Positions 28,701 to 42,600 of a stretch of 64,000 nucleotides of DNA are shown here, piece after piece. The translations under genes and the position numbers were made by a program. The stretch is from Tubiluchus corallicola (Eukaryota; Animalia; Priapulida): positions 1,488,001 to 1,552,000 of the forward strand of contig JAQGDQ010000009.1 in assembly GCA_030141605.1 (NCBI GenBank). Reading direction: 5' to 3'. The notes under the pieces are model-generated. The model ran no database searches. It saw nothing but the letters and a program-made list of their open reading frames with translations, and was not told where the DNA came from. Numbering within the stretch: position 1 is the first letter of the stretch; each line of letters begins with the position of its first letter.

Positions 28701-29559
28701 TACCTAGAACCAGTTATAGGAAAGTATCGAGTGTGACTGCTATGACTAACCTGAACTGGTGTCCACTAGCTGAGCAATGCAAGATGCAACAACCTGGTAG
28801 CTGTCGACATCCTTTCCACCTATTTCTTCACATGAAGAATGTAACAATATTCCACTTGAAATTATATATTCCATTCATTATCCCACATACTGTGAGTGGA
28901 ACCACTTACCCAAGCCAAGGGTCCAGCGTTGTAGTACCGACTTGTTTAAGAATGGTATACACTCCATCTAAACTGGACTAAGCTGCTCCACTACGTTTAA
29001 CGCGGTGTATGGTGTAGCGCTCCTACCCTGAGTCGCCTGGGGATTTTCTTTTATCACTGCACCAGTGGATAAAATTTTTGCGCTGGCATGGCATTCGCAA
29101 GGCTGAAAGCCATGTGTTACAGCCTTCAATTTAATATGTGTTGACATATTACCACTAACATTAATGTATATTTAGTTAAATTTATAGGGGTGACTAGACT
29201 AGAAGATCGTATGGTTTGTTCTACTCCGCCTCTATAATTATTTATTAAACTATACGTATATGATAATAAAAGTATATGGTAATATTATTAACGTGAAAGG
29301 GGCAAATCAATAGAATTGCATTGACGTGAATATCGAGTTCATGTTACATTATTAAGAAAAAGTATTGACCTACCTTCAAAGAATTCGTTACGGCAAAATT
29401 GTAAGGCTGAATTGGAGAAAAATTTACGCATGATATCGCTCCGGATTCCTTTGCGTATATTGGTACGTCAAACGCTTTCCAATATAATTTTTCTGGTGTG
29501 AGGTCTTCAAAGGCTTTACTAGACTTTGAAATATAAGTTGGTTTATAGGAAGCGGCCAT
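25733..29559 (-). CDS. UTP15: U3 snoRNA-associated protein 15 homologue (WD40 repeats + UTP15_C), 3 coding exons
   Basis: Exons 29559-29374, 27635-27010 and 26516-25733. MAASYKPT...YWK...FSPIQPYNFAVT; RFKDTAYGGCYRVDGKILAAG; GHDDYIRAG; SGSYDHKVKMYDTR; DHGMPVESVLF; NHHKTVTCM; LLTGSLDR; C-terminal ALAGRD...L.FL.KHITNP.F. Confidence 0.96.
28130..28990 (+). mobile_element. Decayed CR1/L2-group LINE RT fragment in UTP15 intron 1
   Basis: Fragments DFAKA (about 28293), DSIKYLGG...RW (about 28471) and RRATRF..SYRKVSSVTAMTNLNWCPL (about 28680-28770), interrupted by stops and frameshifts. Confidence 0.65.
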
Positions 29560-31010
29560 GTTTGCAACTGTGCAACAGACTGAACTAAACGAGCAGCCTA
29601 AACAAAGGATAGAGATAGAAACACTTTTTCTAAACTTTGGCCTAAAAAGGAATTTGGTTTCATTTTGTTTTCTTTCCGGTGATATTCTAACCGAAAACAA
29701 TAGCAGGGAAGTGAAAAATAGCAATAGTTTTAAATGTAGTGATAAAAACTGATCATAGCATACCGCTGTCACATAACTGACAGAAACATACCATAACAAA
29801 ATGAAATAAATAATATTAATATTGTGAATTAAAGAGGTGATTTAAGGGATGGCCACTCGCCAGAACACCCACAGAAGATTTGCTATGCTAGCTTGCTAGA
29901 ACCAGAAAAAGAATTATTCTTACTTACGTATATAATAAAATTGATTTCCCTGGTAGAATTTGAGGTCTTGTTACTGGTGTAGCGCATTGTCTTTTCAATT
30001 GTAATGCCAAGAGACGGACATGTGGAAAGCCTGCATATCTGATCCACAGTATGTTTCTCATGAGCTGTTTTTGCCATAATCGAATGCAATTATTGTACAT
30101 ACAACGTGGCATTCGTTGTTGCCTTCGTTTTTTTTGTAAGAGTCTAGCGATTTCTCTCTGCGCATACATGGCATTTAAACCTTTGTTGTAGTTGAACTTT
30201 TTACCCTGGAATACAAAAGCAACGAGTAATAGCACAGGAGAATTTGTTACATCAAAGTATTGCTGCATCATCAGAGAATTTATCACGCTCTCAGTACATG
30301 GTTTGTAATTTTATATCAGATCTATTGAGCCAGACTTGGCAGCCTGCAATATTAGAGAGTATTTATTGGAGATTCAAACAGATGCAGGGTTGAACTTAAC
30401 ATTTTCCAAAACACCTTGCAGGTTTTATAAACGTTGTGTCATCTTGAATTGCAGTTGTATTTTCAAACAAAACAATGGTGTATTCTTAACTGATGTTAAC
30501 TTCTATTCAGTCTATTGAACTTCTGTCAGGGTAGCTCCAGAAATTGTGTTATCAGAATTGAAGTTGAGAGTAATTTCCATGTTATACAGATCAGTTCAAT
30601 CTGTTATGTTATATCTCTTAAGAGTGTGCAAGGCATATGAGAAGCTTCCACAGAAAATATTAGGGGGCTTGAGGGCATAATAAAGTGTCTGCTCATTTGA
30701 CAATACTTTGACCTTTTAAATTATTGTGTTATTACTCGTTTCATTTGGCACCTTTTTGGCAAACTGTTACACTAGGTCAGAGCAGGTCCAGCATTACAAA
30801 TTTCAATACTGCCCAAACGCTGTAGAATGCTTATAATATTTTTTAAATTTTTATTTATTTATTTATTATTTTTGTTACTATTTTGATTAGACTTGATTCT
30901 TTTAGTCAATAAAGTGGATAAAATAAAATTGTTACGTTTTTCTGGTTCTGATCGTGATGCAGGTCGATTAATTTCGTCTTGACCCAAGAAACTGTACCTA
31001 TTTTTACAAT

Positions 31011-34000
31011 ATGTCTGCGCCCTTAGAGGACTTGGAAACAGTGATACACAATTTGAAAGACATACTGTCTCCAAGTGGGTTTGAAAGCTACCCGTTTAAG
31101 GTAAGTTATTTTGTCGCCTTCAGCTATTGAATTACTCTGAGTTTACCCTAAGTTTTATGGAAAAATATTTTGGTGCAAATTTTATCACTACTTTGTAACT
31201 ATCTACAAGTACAATAAGTCTTGTGAGATAAGGTTATAGATGTTACTGAAGTATGTTCAATCAAACAATCAATCAATTTATTTCACTCCAGCAATACATA
31301 TACAGTACATCAACATACAATATTATTGAAACAAAAAGAAACAGTATAGGTAAAAAAAACGTTGATGAAGTCAAAATAACCAAATAAAAGAGTTGCTGTA
31401 TGATACCTTGAAAGCTCGGCTTGTTAAGGTGGCACAAATGAGTGAATGAAAGAATGGTTAGGGTTAGTAGACATGATGGAATGGGAAAAAATAGTAAGAT
31501 TAGGGATAGGAAGAAGGAAAAGAGGAGAAGAAACGACCACAGTGTATGTTTAATTTACATAGATATATATTAAAATAGCATTATAATTGATTGGAGGCCA
31601 TATATTGCGACTGCATGAGACATGGAACCATTAAAATTGTATTATAAGTATGAATCAAAAATGGTCCTTTTCAAGTACTTTTTGAAACTATAAATAGTTT
31701 TGTGTATTTTTACTTTGGCACTTTTTTTATTCCAGTTATTGGGGGCTGTGAATGCCTGGCACTATTAGTACGACAGTAAGGGACATGATATTCGTTGAAC
31801 CTTGTAAAGTAATGTTTAAGATTTGCTGTAATGGGATTTGCAAAGGAAGTGGGAAACAAGTTGTAGTATGTCTTGTACATATAAATAGACAAGTGATATA
31901 TAACCAAGTCTTCGAGAATTATTATACCGCATTCATTAAATAAGGACATACCAACAATGGTACGTTTAGATAAATTGTTTAATATTCTTATAAACTTTCT
32001 TTGATGCCTAGATAAGCTTATTAAGTTGGACGAATAAGATGTACCCCATATAATGCAGCAATATGTTAGGTATGGTAATACCAATGAATTATAAAGTGTT
32101 ATAAGATGAGATCTGTGTAATTTATTTTTAATAAAATTAATTATTCCCAGATTCTTAGCAATTTTTAAACTGATAGAATTGATATGTAGTTTCAGTCAAG
32201 ATTTTCATTAATTACAACGCCTAAGAATTTTATATTTGGAACTCTTTCGATTGCCTGTCCTTCAATGAATAAGTTAATGTCATTCGGGAGCCTCTTATTT
32301 ATAGAGTGAAATACAATGCATTTTGTTTTAGTTGGATTCAATGACAATTTGTTTGCTTTAAACCAATCAGCTATTAAAGGAAGTTTATTATTTATTTCAG
32401 GCACAGAGTAAGATTGTAAATCAAAAAATAATGTGGTGTCATCTGCACATTGAAATAGGTTATTGTTGGTTAAGACATGCGACAGTGCTACTGCATTTTA
32501 CCCGCAGCAACTTAAGAACAAGTCCGGTCGCTACCGCTAACTGTGCATTATAGATGTTATTCATGGTTGTTATAGTACAAATGACTAATATCTATTAGAG
32601 GTTTTATTTAACTTTAAGAGTTACATTAGTGGCATTATTAGAATTGAGCAAAACGCAGGCGTTCTGAATTTGAAGTTCTATTGGCATTGTTGGTGTATGC
32701 TAGAGTTCAGTGAAGTGTTTGACTGAGTTTGGCCCACTAAGTGGGTAATACTAATAGTAATGAAAATGATTTTCTTACAATGGCATTGTTATATAGCGTT
32801 TCTGTTTGCATTCAAGTGTGTGTAGGTGCAATATTATAACTTTTTACAAATTTCTTGTGAAGAATTTAATAGGTGAGAGACCAAAGGGAAAAACAAGTAA
32901 CAGGCATATTTAGCGTAGAAAAATGAGAAACAGCAGTGGAGCAGGTATTGTGACAAAACTGTAGGCATTCACGGACCAATAACTATACACTTCCTTTCAC
33001 GTCACGATACTTCAAGTCAGTTTCAACTTATAAGTTATTATTAACAAATCATTATTTTCATACTAAGATGTTTTACATGTGACTGATTACATATACCGTG
33101 ACCACAATCAGAGAAATCGGAGATAGTACTGAAAACCCTTTAAACAGAAAGTGCACCAAATAGAGGATATAAGATATCTGCAAATGTTGAGAAATGTTTC
33201 AAATAAATCTTGATGTCTGCAAGTTCAACGTCTTGCCGATCAGCAAATATCAAGCATCCAACTATTTCTTTAGGCCGGAAAAATCTAGAATTGGGTGGCA
33301 AAGTTTCCTCATGTTCATATTTCCTCTTTACTATTAATGTCAAGTTACAGAAGCATTGCCAAGAAATCATCATGCCTGCATTTAGAGCTCTGGTGGTTTG
33401 TCCATGAGATACTTCATTCATGCACTTTCTACAAGTGGAAAATCGTAGTATGCAAAGCACTGATCACACCCAAACTGGATGTATCAACCAATGCTTTGCA
33501 TCCATCGTACACCATCATCAAGGGATAAGGCAGTTTTGGTGTCGAAAATCAATGTTACAACAAAATTATAATGTGCAAGTACATTAGTTTGGGTTAGCTA
33601 GTGCCTGAAACCACCAAATTACTTTTACAAATTCTGTTAACATATTTGCTTTTACCATATCCACCATATTACAGCATACAGTAAACAAATTTGAAAACAG
33701 AAGTCTATAATGTTGGATATGTCCATCATGTCATGTATGGAGGGGTATATCATTTAGAATTCAATAAAAATTGTTTGCGATACACGTTCAAGATATTTGA
33801 TTATTGTTGCTTTTACAGGTTGGTCAATACAATGAATGTGTGGACGCGGTGTTTAAGCTGAACTACCATCCTGAAACATTGGCATTTGTAATCATCAGCA
33901 CACCACATATGTTTGAAAAAGCATTTAAAGAATTTATAACTAGACAGGAATGTGTTGGGGTTCGTGATCCAATTGATGAATGTGTTGCTTATCATTTCGA

Positions 34001-35628
34001 CAAAATTAAACAGGTAATGTTTATAGTAGAATTCGTTTTTTGTTTGAATTTAATTTATCGTTGGACACCTAAAACACTTACATTTAAGTCTAAAGAATAA
34101 ATCGCATGTAGTGTTCAAATTATTAATATGTCAGTAGATGCGTACAGGATTCGGTTGCCAATCAAGTGGTGTAGCCACTGATCTTGCAGCTTTTGTACCA
34201 TATGCATTTTGCATGGCAGAGACCTGTTTTCTAGTAATTCTTAGTATGCATATATTCAAGCAATATTGTTGCATCTGGATTTCTTAAGAACACAGTTTAT
34301 TATCTTAAATTATCAATGTCTAATTACCTTCTCATTAGCATATGTCGATAAGTTTTTTATAAGAATTCTCTTTCAAAGTCAAATTTGATACTAAAATATT
34401 TTTCATTTGCCGCAATGATTTTTTTCATTTCCCAGTTTTTTCCAGGACAAGTAATTACAGCTATACATGATTTTGAACTAACACCAACAAGACGACCGAA
34501 AGTGTTAGTGCAAACAGCAGGGCATGTAGCAGGAGCTGCTTATTATTATCAGAGGAAAGATGTGTCAAATGATCCATGGCCTAAAGACAGGGTATATATT
34601 CATGATCTAGTGATTGCTCAGTAGGCTCATTGTGTTGCACACTGTTGATCAACAACATTGATTAAAAAAACTGTTAATTTTCTGTTTTACCATATCATGC
34701 AAAACACTGAATAAATGACTTTCTGAATTTTAAGAAGTTTACACACCAATTCAGATTATTCTAGTTTGAATGCCCTTTGAATGGACTGCTCAGAGATACA
34801 GCTTGAGCCGTCAAGTGTCAAATGTTTTCTATATCTTGGTAGTGTGTAAAAACATAAAAAATGACAGAAATAGTACGTTTTTATTTCTTGCAGATTGTTA
34901 CCAATGACATAAAGTAAACACTGAGATAAACTGTTGTAAGACCAGGTCGGTGTAAAAAATGCAAAAATGGTTTTGGCACATTGGTTACTTCACTCATATT
35001 CTTTATATTAGTGCAAAAATCAGTTTAATACTGACTCATTAATCAAAGCTGGTATCGTTTATATTTGTATCAGTAGACTTAGCATTGAATTAAAATCAAA
35101 ATATATGCTCATTTATGGCATGTGCTCCAGCTTATGTCAAAAACTGAAAACAAATTGCGAATAACAAACATTTAATAACAATAGCTCGTACCATTCATTA
35201 CTATATGGACCCCGGGAATGACGTAGATTGTACCTGAATAGATTTTGTGTTCAGAAATGTCTTCCAATAGCAGTCTAACTTTATCATTTAATACTCAATT
35301 TATTTTGCATGTTTTTTTATAGAAAATATATGGGGTGAGCATTCATCCGAAATTTGGAGGATGGTTTGCCTTAAGAGGAGTCTTGATCTTTGAAGACATC
35401 CGAGCTTCAGATCTTCAGTCAAAGCCACCACTAGATGTCATCGACACAGATGAGAAAAAAATTGTTTTGTTAGAAAAATTTAATAACAGTTGGCAGGACT
35501 GGACGTACAGAGACCTTGTGGAACCAATTGCAAGATATTCTGCTGATCAGAAAGAGTATTTTGCTACTTTGCCAAAAAACAGAAGTAAGTTATTAAAGTC
35601 TTACATGGAAAATAATCTTGAATGCTGA
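31011..35628 (+). CDS. MMACHC: Cyanocobalamin reductase/alkylcobalamin dealkylase (cblC), 4 coding exons
   Basis: Exons 31011-31100, 33819-34013, 34436-34591 and 35323-35628. [13 protein letters not shown]...[17 protein letters not shown]...DPIDEC...[28 protein letters not shown]...[18 protein letters not shown]...WQDWTYRD...[11 protein letters not shown]. Confidence 0.96.
31259..32452 (-). mobile_element. 5'-truncated L2/CR1-group LINE in MMACHC intron 1
   Basis: CADDTTLF (about 32450), [30 protein letters not shown] and [17 protein letters not shown]. The 3' end has AATAAA followed by a (TTGA)n tail at about 31259-31283. Confidence 0.88.
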
Positions 35629-36699
35629 CACACGGGAAAGTACTACTGTAGATAAACTAGAGTTATTCTTCTCTAATTTCGTTAATCAAAGATAAACAAC
35701 TGCTCAAAGTGAATTGCAAAAACAGTCATGTATTTTAAAATGTATGTTAACTGAATACAGTTATAAACCTGTTTATGTATAAAGTTGATGTATGAAAGGC
35801 AGTTTCAGAGATTTCAAAAACGCATTTAAAAAGGCTAGTCAAATCTGTTGAAGTTTAATTGTCAATGCAAATCCTTCAAAATATGTAACACAAGGTATAT
35901 GGAACATGAGTTTGGTTCTGTTAAAATGTAAAAATATATGTGCGACAGTTGATATTTATTACCATAAGAATCTCCAGTGATTTGCTTAATTTTAGAATAA
36001 ATGACACAACCGCATACATTTCTGTATGAATTAGTGTTGTAATTTAATTCATTTAGTTTTTAAAAAAACTTGACGTTTCAGTTTACTGGCTGTATTATAA
36101 TATATATATATATTGTTGTACATGCTCTAAAAACAAGAAAATTTAACAGTCTAGTTAAACTAACAATATAGGATTAATTAACTATAGTTATTATTAATTA
36201 GATTATAATAAACTATTATAACATACATTAGAAATTAAATAACTTTAAAAATAATTTCCAACTCTTCCGTCATAAAACTATCTTATAACAAAGTTTTCGT
36301 TCAAAATTTCCAAAAAGCACCTTTTGATTTCACAACTAATTCACAAGGATCAGTAAAACTTTCTCTTCAAAAGTGACTTTTTCACAGCATTTTACACGCC
36401 AATTTGGTAAACTAATTAAAAGGGTTTTATAACAAGCAGTCACCATTTCAACAACTGTAACAACATTATGTTTTAATAAAATAATGTTTAGCTTACTTAT
36501 TGTCTAAGCATTACATTACATCACATTTGCTTTAAGCACAGCTTAACTGTAAGCAACTAATTGCTGATTAGTGCTTTTGTTTCTCACTGTAAACTGACAG
36601 CATTTCATCAATTTGTAAAAATAGATCTCTTATTTCGTAAAAGCTTTTACATGTTAGTAAACTAAACTCTTAGTTAAGCTCAGGCTAACTTACTAATAT

Positions 36700-39600
36700 T
36701 TAATATCTAGAACTGTAGTAAACTTTATCCCTATTTGGTGGTTTCTGGGTAAAAATACACACCGTTAAGCAACCTGCAATCAAGAAAAACAATGCAAATG
36801 CTGCAATAATCACCCATGGTATGAATTCCAAGAAAACATATTGCTTTGCTAGCCATGTTAGTGCATGGTCACCGTCCCATGGTTCACACACTCTGTATGT
36901 CTGAAGTAATTCTATTGGCTGAATTTGGTCATCAAGAATAGTGATGTTGCTTTCTTCGTGGCAGTTGAGGTCAATAAATTCATTCTGCAAAATAAGTCTA
37001 TATGCCCATTGGGCTGAGGACGAATTGGCTTCCCACTGAAACACCTGTGAAAAAAACGCAAATAACGTAATTATGACCTTGAAAGTGAAAGCAGGAAAAA
37101 ATTGCAAGGTATTATCGTGTGCACAAAACTCATTTATAAGTGGCAGATTGTGTAAATCTTCAAAAGTTCAATGTGCACTAAGTTAATCGTGCAATGAAAT
37201 GTTAACGCTTTTGTAATGACTTTAGGGCTCCACTAAGCAACATTCACCTGCCAACTATTGCATTTAATATGCCACACAGCTTTGTACATGAAAATGGCCA
37301 AATATAGCGCTTGTGTAATCGTTACACTTGACTCCAGGGCCGGATTAATGCATAAGCAGACTAAGCATGTGCTTATGGCACCAAGATTCTGGCGGCACCA
37401 GACTGGCAAAAAAATTAATTTAGAACTGATAAAATTTCACTAAAGTATGTTAACATAAAATTTAAATTTAAATCAAGTTGATAACAACATTAGCCATTGT
37501 GTTATTGAAAAGTGTTGCTGAGGGCACCAACACACTCTTAATCTGGTCCTGCTTGAATCAAAGATTTTTTTTACTTTATAAAAACACATTTATTAGATGT
37601 GTGCTCACCTGAAACATGTGGTCATGATGGACACCAAACCCAGCAGCTACTGTCACGTATGCTAGTGCTAGGTAAAAAGCTCTGGCTGCATACCCGGATC
37701 TGTTGAACATGTATGCAACAGCATAGGTCAGCATACGTATCGAGTACAGGTACATGATCATAACAGCTAGGAAATATCCATAGTTCACACCGCTTCGCTG
37801 ATAGTTGGATAGCCAATAAGCAGGGGTTGCAAATACAACTGCGGTGAGTATGAACGGAAATAAATCTAGCAGAATCTAGAATGCAAATGCACGTATCAGT
37901 AACATTCACTCAAACTTAAATACTATTATTAATATAAATATTATTAGCATGTGCCCAATTCAAATACAAAAATTCTCAACTGAAGATTCACGTCATTAAG
38001 CAAATTAGGCAAATTTGTGAAACACTAAGTGAAGACCATACTTTGCATGGTGATGTAATGAAAGCATCAGTCTAAACACCTAGCTACCAGTGGTGTGTCG
38101 CTATGCAGCAGTGATACATTTTATAAAAGCTTATCATCATGTTAAGCAAAAAACTTGTGATAATTTTATTTTATGTTCACCTATTGAAAAAAATTAACAT
38201 TAATGGTCCTACAAATTTTAACAATTTTATCAACTTGAGCACTAACCTTTGCACTATAGTAAGGAACTGTGTGAAATATCTTCAACTTCAGCCCAGCATA
38301 AAGACCAGGCCTCTCTTCATCAACTGTAATATAAAATTTTGAAATTTTACTAATCATTAGAAAAAAATTGCAACAAAAGGTGTGTAAAGGAAAACCCAAA
38401 ACTTAGGTGTTTGTATTTTGGCAGAAGTCATTATTAAGGCTAATAGATTTAGAACTTGAACCAAAAATAGCTTTTGTGTACTGGCATTGAGGTCATATTA
38501 ATTTCAATAAGTACTATAAAAATACTGTTACGAACAACAATGTTATGAACTTGGGACTTTCCTTAGCATAGAGAATTCAGGGAAGTAAGAGAGTAGCCTT
38601 ACTAAATAACTGAACAGCAGAATTAGCAACAGGAGTAAGCAGAAATCTTTTTATGGAGTTATATATATGTTTTGCTTTCCCTATTGTTTATGATAGTTCA
38701 CAATACCGTAATGTTTTCTTACCCTGTCCTATAATGCGATACATCTCAGGAATCAATCCAATCGCTATCATAGTGAAGCCAAAACCAAATCTTCCATCTA
38801 TAGATACTTGTGATATGCTTGGAAATTCATAACCCCACACAAGCAGGTCAATATTGGAATATATTAATCCAATTAGAAGTGACATCAATGCAACTGTCAG
38901 AAAGATCCACACAGTATGCATAGAAAACACTCTCCTAGACATCAGCCTGAAAAACAAGAAAATTGATACTCCTTACCCCATATGTGTCAGTATGCAATGA
39001 TCAGTTCGATATGGCATCCCACAAGGTTCTGCTTTGATCCCTTTTTTGTTCAATACTCACATAATATACAATTTTATAACACATCCGCAATAGATGATTG
39101 AATAGCATAATGTTAGTTGAATCAGATAAGACATTTACTTGTCTTTTGTCTGATCAGGATTAAATGCATACAGTATGAAATTCTGCTAAACGTAATCTGT
39201 GTAATCATTTGTAACTGCTTACCTAGACTATTTTACTGATTTCAAAATCTTATGGTTTGTGCTTTGTTAATTATTAAATCATATAACACGAATGTGCTTA
39301 TAGGAAAAATAGGCGATTTATAACATCATAAACAATCATTGTCATGTCTATATAATACGTACTTGCACAGGGCAAAAAACTGCTTGAAACAGTTGGCCAT
39401 GAAATAATTCGGTGGCAACTTTTGTGGTGGCCCTCGTTGACTGAGTGGTTCGCTCCTTTGTCGATGTATATCAGCCAGCTTCTTTACTCTTTCTAATGAT
39501 TCCTCTGTTGTGGTTAGAGACTCGTAATCAATTGTCACCAAATCAACTAAATGCAACAATGGGTGTTCATGAATGATTATTAATAAATTTACAACATACA

Positions 39601-42600
39601 GCGACATTATAAAACAATATAATCTTCTTGCAGAAAGTTATTATTCAAATTGCTCAAATTAATAAAACTAGTACAAAATTATAATACCTAAAATAGGTAA
39701 CACTTATCATGTTATACTATTAGATCCTTGGAAAGTGGATCATCAATGTTCTGCAGTATAAAAGAAATTTGAATGTTAATAGATGTAAGATGTTGGAAAC
39801 CACATTATGAGCCAGATGTACATACCATAGTAATCGCATGGATTCGTTAGTGGTGGCAATGGGTACTGAAGCGACGTGAAGTATGGCACCATATTTCTGT
39901 TTGTTCCAAAATAGCAAATTTTACCCTCAGAGATGACCGAAACTGTATAAAAAATACTGTGTAACTGCATATATTAAACGACAAAAACAAAACATTTTCT
40001 CTATGTATTTTATATGAGTGTCGCAATTTATTAATTTCTGCAAAACAATTATAATAACACTTGTTAATTACTCTTGTAAGTTTCCATTACTTTTGTTTCC
40101 CTAATAGTAGCACATTTGTTATTAGGCTGTTTGCGTGCTTTTATTTACTGTGTTTTATTAGTAGTATTTGTCAGTGTTATCAAGTGACCCATTTGAGTGA
40201 CTGCAGAGGTCCGTGTGCAACAGTAGTATTTTCTAAGACAGATTTTAGCCATATCAACACTGTTTATACAAAACTGTCTAGGTAACTGGTTTTGGAATGT
40301 GAGTCTAGTTATTTAAAGTTGCTCATTATACACTGAACACTTTTCATGAAGTTCTTTCAGAATAGATTTTAAGTACGGCAGGCCTATAGGCGTGTCATTT
40401 GCTTTCTTTCAAATGCTTCTAAGAGCAATGTACGAGCTGCCAGTTATCATCTAAAATTATGTGGCACTGATCACGTTAGTTTTAAACATGTTAGCTATTG
40501 TATCAAATAATTTACACACCCGTTGTAAACTTTCGGAACATTTCAATGTTTGGCTGTACTACAGTCATAATGGCAATGCGACCTCTGTCGACGTAATCTC
40601 GTATGTAATCAGTGATGAACATGGACCAGTAAGTGTCCAGTCCGGTTGTTGGTTCATCTAGCAACAGTATGTCTAGAAAACAAAAAAAAGATTAACAAAA
40701 TACTATTTTGACATACTAATGCCGAGATTCAGTAAATATCCCTGTTTCCCATATTAACTCTATCCGGAAAATATCCACAATGGGAAGAAAACAGTCATGT
40801 CAAAATCACTAATAGATCAAGGGTTTGCTTTTATGAAATAAAGGTATTCGAGATTCGGGTCTGGATTTATGCTTTGCAAACAGGGTTCGGAACATGATTG
40901 AATGTTCAGGATTTGAATAAAGTTTGGGATTGAAGTTCGGGGATCATAATGATGCCAAACAGCCCTATTATGAAACAAGCATTTCTGTACAAGTGTCTGA
41001 CTTATGCACTGTGCAGTTTTACTTAGGTACATTAACAAGTCAATTAACTGCCCAGTATGTGATTATTTAGCTTACCTGTGTTTAGCATAAGCTGACATAC
41101 TATGCTGATCAGTTTTTTATGCTCTGGTTGCAGAGTGCTAATCTTTGCATTCTTAAATTCATCTAGCCTAGCACTTTGCATGAAAAAGGTCACCTAAATG
41201 AAAAAATTATAATTGAAAATGAAACTCTCCACTTAGCATAACCTAAATAGTTTTTGCAACTCTCTGTTTATCACCCATGCTGATAATAGCCACCTTTGTC
41301 TGTATTTTCCCATGTCGACAGCAATGGGAGTGTGGGTTGGGCATTTGGTCGCATCTTTGCTGTTTGTGTGTCTGTGTCTGCCTAATAAAATCAAAATGGA
41401 TGAAGCTATAGGCCTAGTCGCAAAAGTTGACATAGGGATAAGCTTGAGTAAGCTCTAGAAAGCCATTGTTTTTGGGTTCAAAAGTCAAACGTTAAGGTCC
41501 CAAAGTCAAAAAATGTGAAAATTAATTTTCATGCATAGCAATCATCGGCAAATAGGTGATTAGTTGTGTCATTATTTCATATGAGCTTGATTTGTATAGA
41601 CGGAGATTTTAATCTTGCAATTACTAAATAATACTAGGTAATTACCTACTTTATATCTCCTATATTGGAGTAATTTAGCATAAAATACAAACATTGCAAA
41701 TAGTAAGTAAGATTAACCTCATTAACTTCCCTTTTTATTATACTGCTTACCGCTTCTGTGCGTTCCTTTGATGAGGAATTCTTGCAGTATTTGAGTTTTG
41801 CAAACAAGGTGAGGAATTGCTGTACAGTTAAGTATGGGATTAGATAATCGCTTTTCTTGACGTAAGCCACGATGTGGCGCAGTTGCTTCAGTTGCATGAT
41901 GTTCCCATTCAGATAAATTTCTCCGTAGTATTTGAGACCAGAGGCTCGATACCCAGCCAGTAAATTGAGTATGGACGTCTTTCCAGATTCTGTAGCATAA
42001 TTTACACATAATTAAATTGTCACCGATATTTTCTTTATTAATCTGATTCTAAAATAAATAAGGAAATGTTTCTGAGTTTAAAACCAGTCATAAATTATTA
42101 TGTACTTGGGATGCGTTCGGCTTATGTTAGCGTACGGTATTTTAGAATTCGCTCCAAACTGCTGGCGCTCTTCATGACGAAATCACAGGATAGTAGCAGC
42201 CACAATGGAAGTGCAAAACTCTAAATTGTGTTTCCAGGCTACAGTGTCTTAATGTATGGTGCAGAAAAAAATGTGCCGAAATTTAGACTACAGTAACATA
42301 ACAGCAACTGTCTTTCAAAGCTGGAATTTCACAGCATGATACTACATTAACTTCTGACTGTGAAAGTTACAAATGAATAATTTTAGTGGTAAAAATTTAA
42401 TGTCTAAACAATGTCAGCTAATAGCTGTAATGAAAGACAGCCGCATTGACGCCTACTCAGTACGCGGCAGCAAAACATTAAAGAAACCAAACAGTTTAAA
42501 TTACGGTCCTTACCACAGAAAATAAAGCCCTGATGAAGACTGGTTGCCAAAAATGGGCTTAATCCTCTAGCTTAGGATTACATTGTTTGGAATTTCCTTA

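Noticed and set aside
26570-29370. Intronic snoRNA in the ribosome-biogenesis gene UTP15
   Set aside because: No properly spaced C (RTGATGA) and D (CTGA) boxes with terminal stems were found by eye on the gene strand. A covariance-model scan would be needed to exclude one fully.
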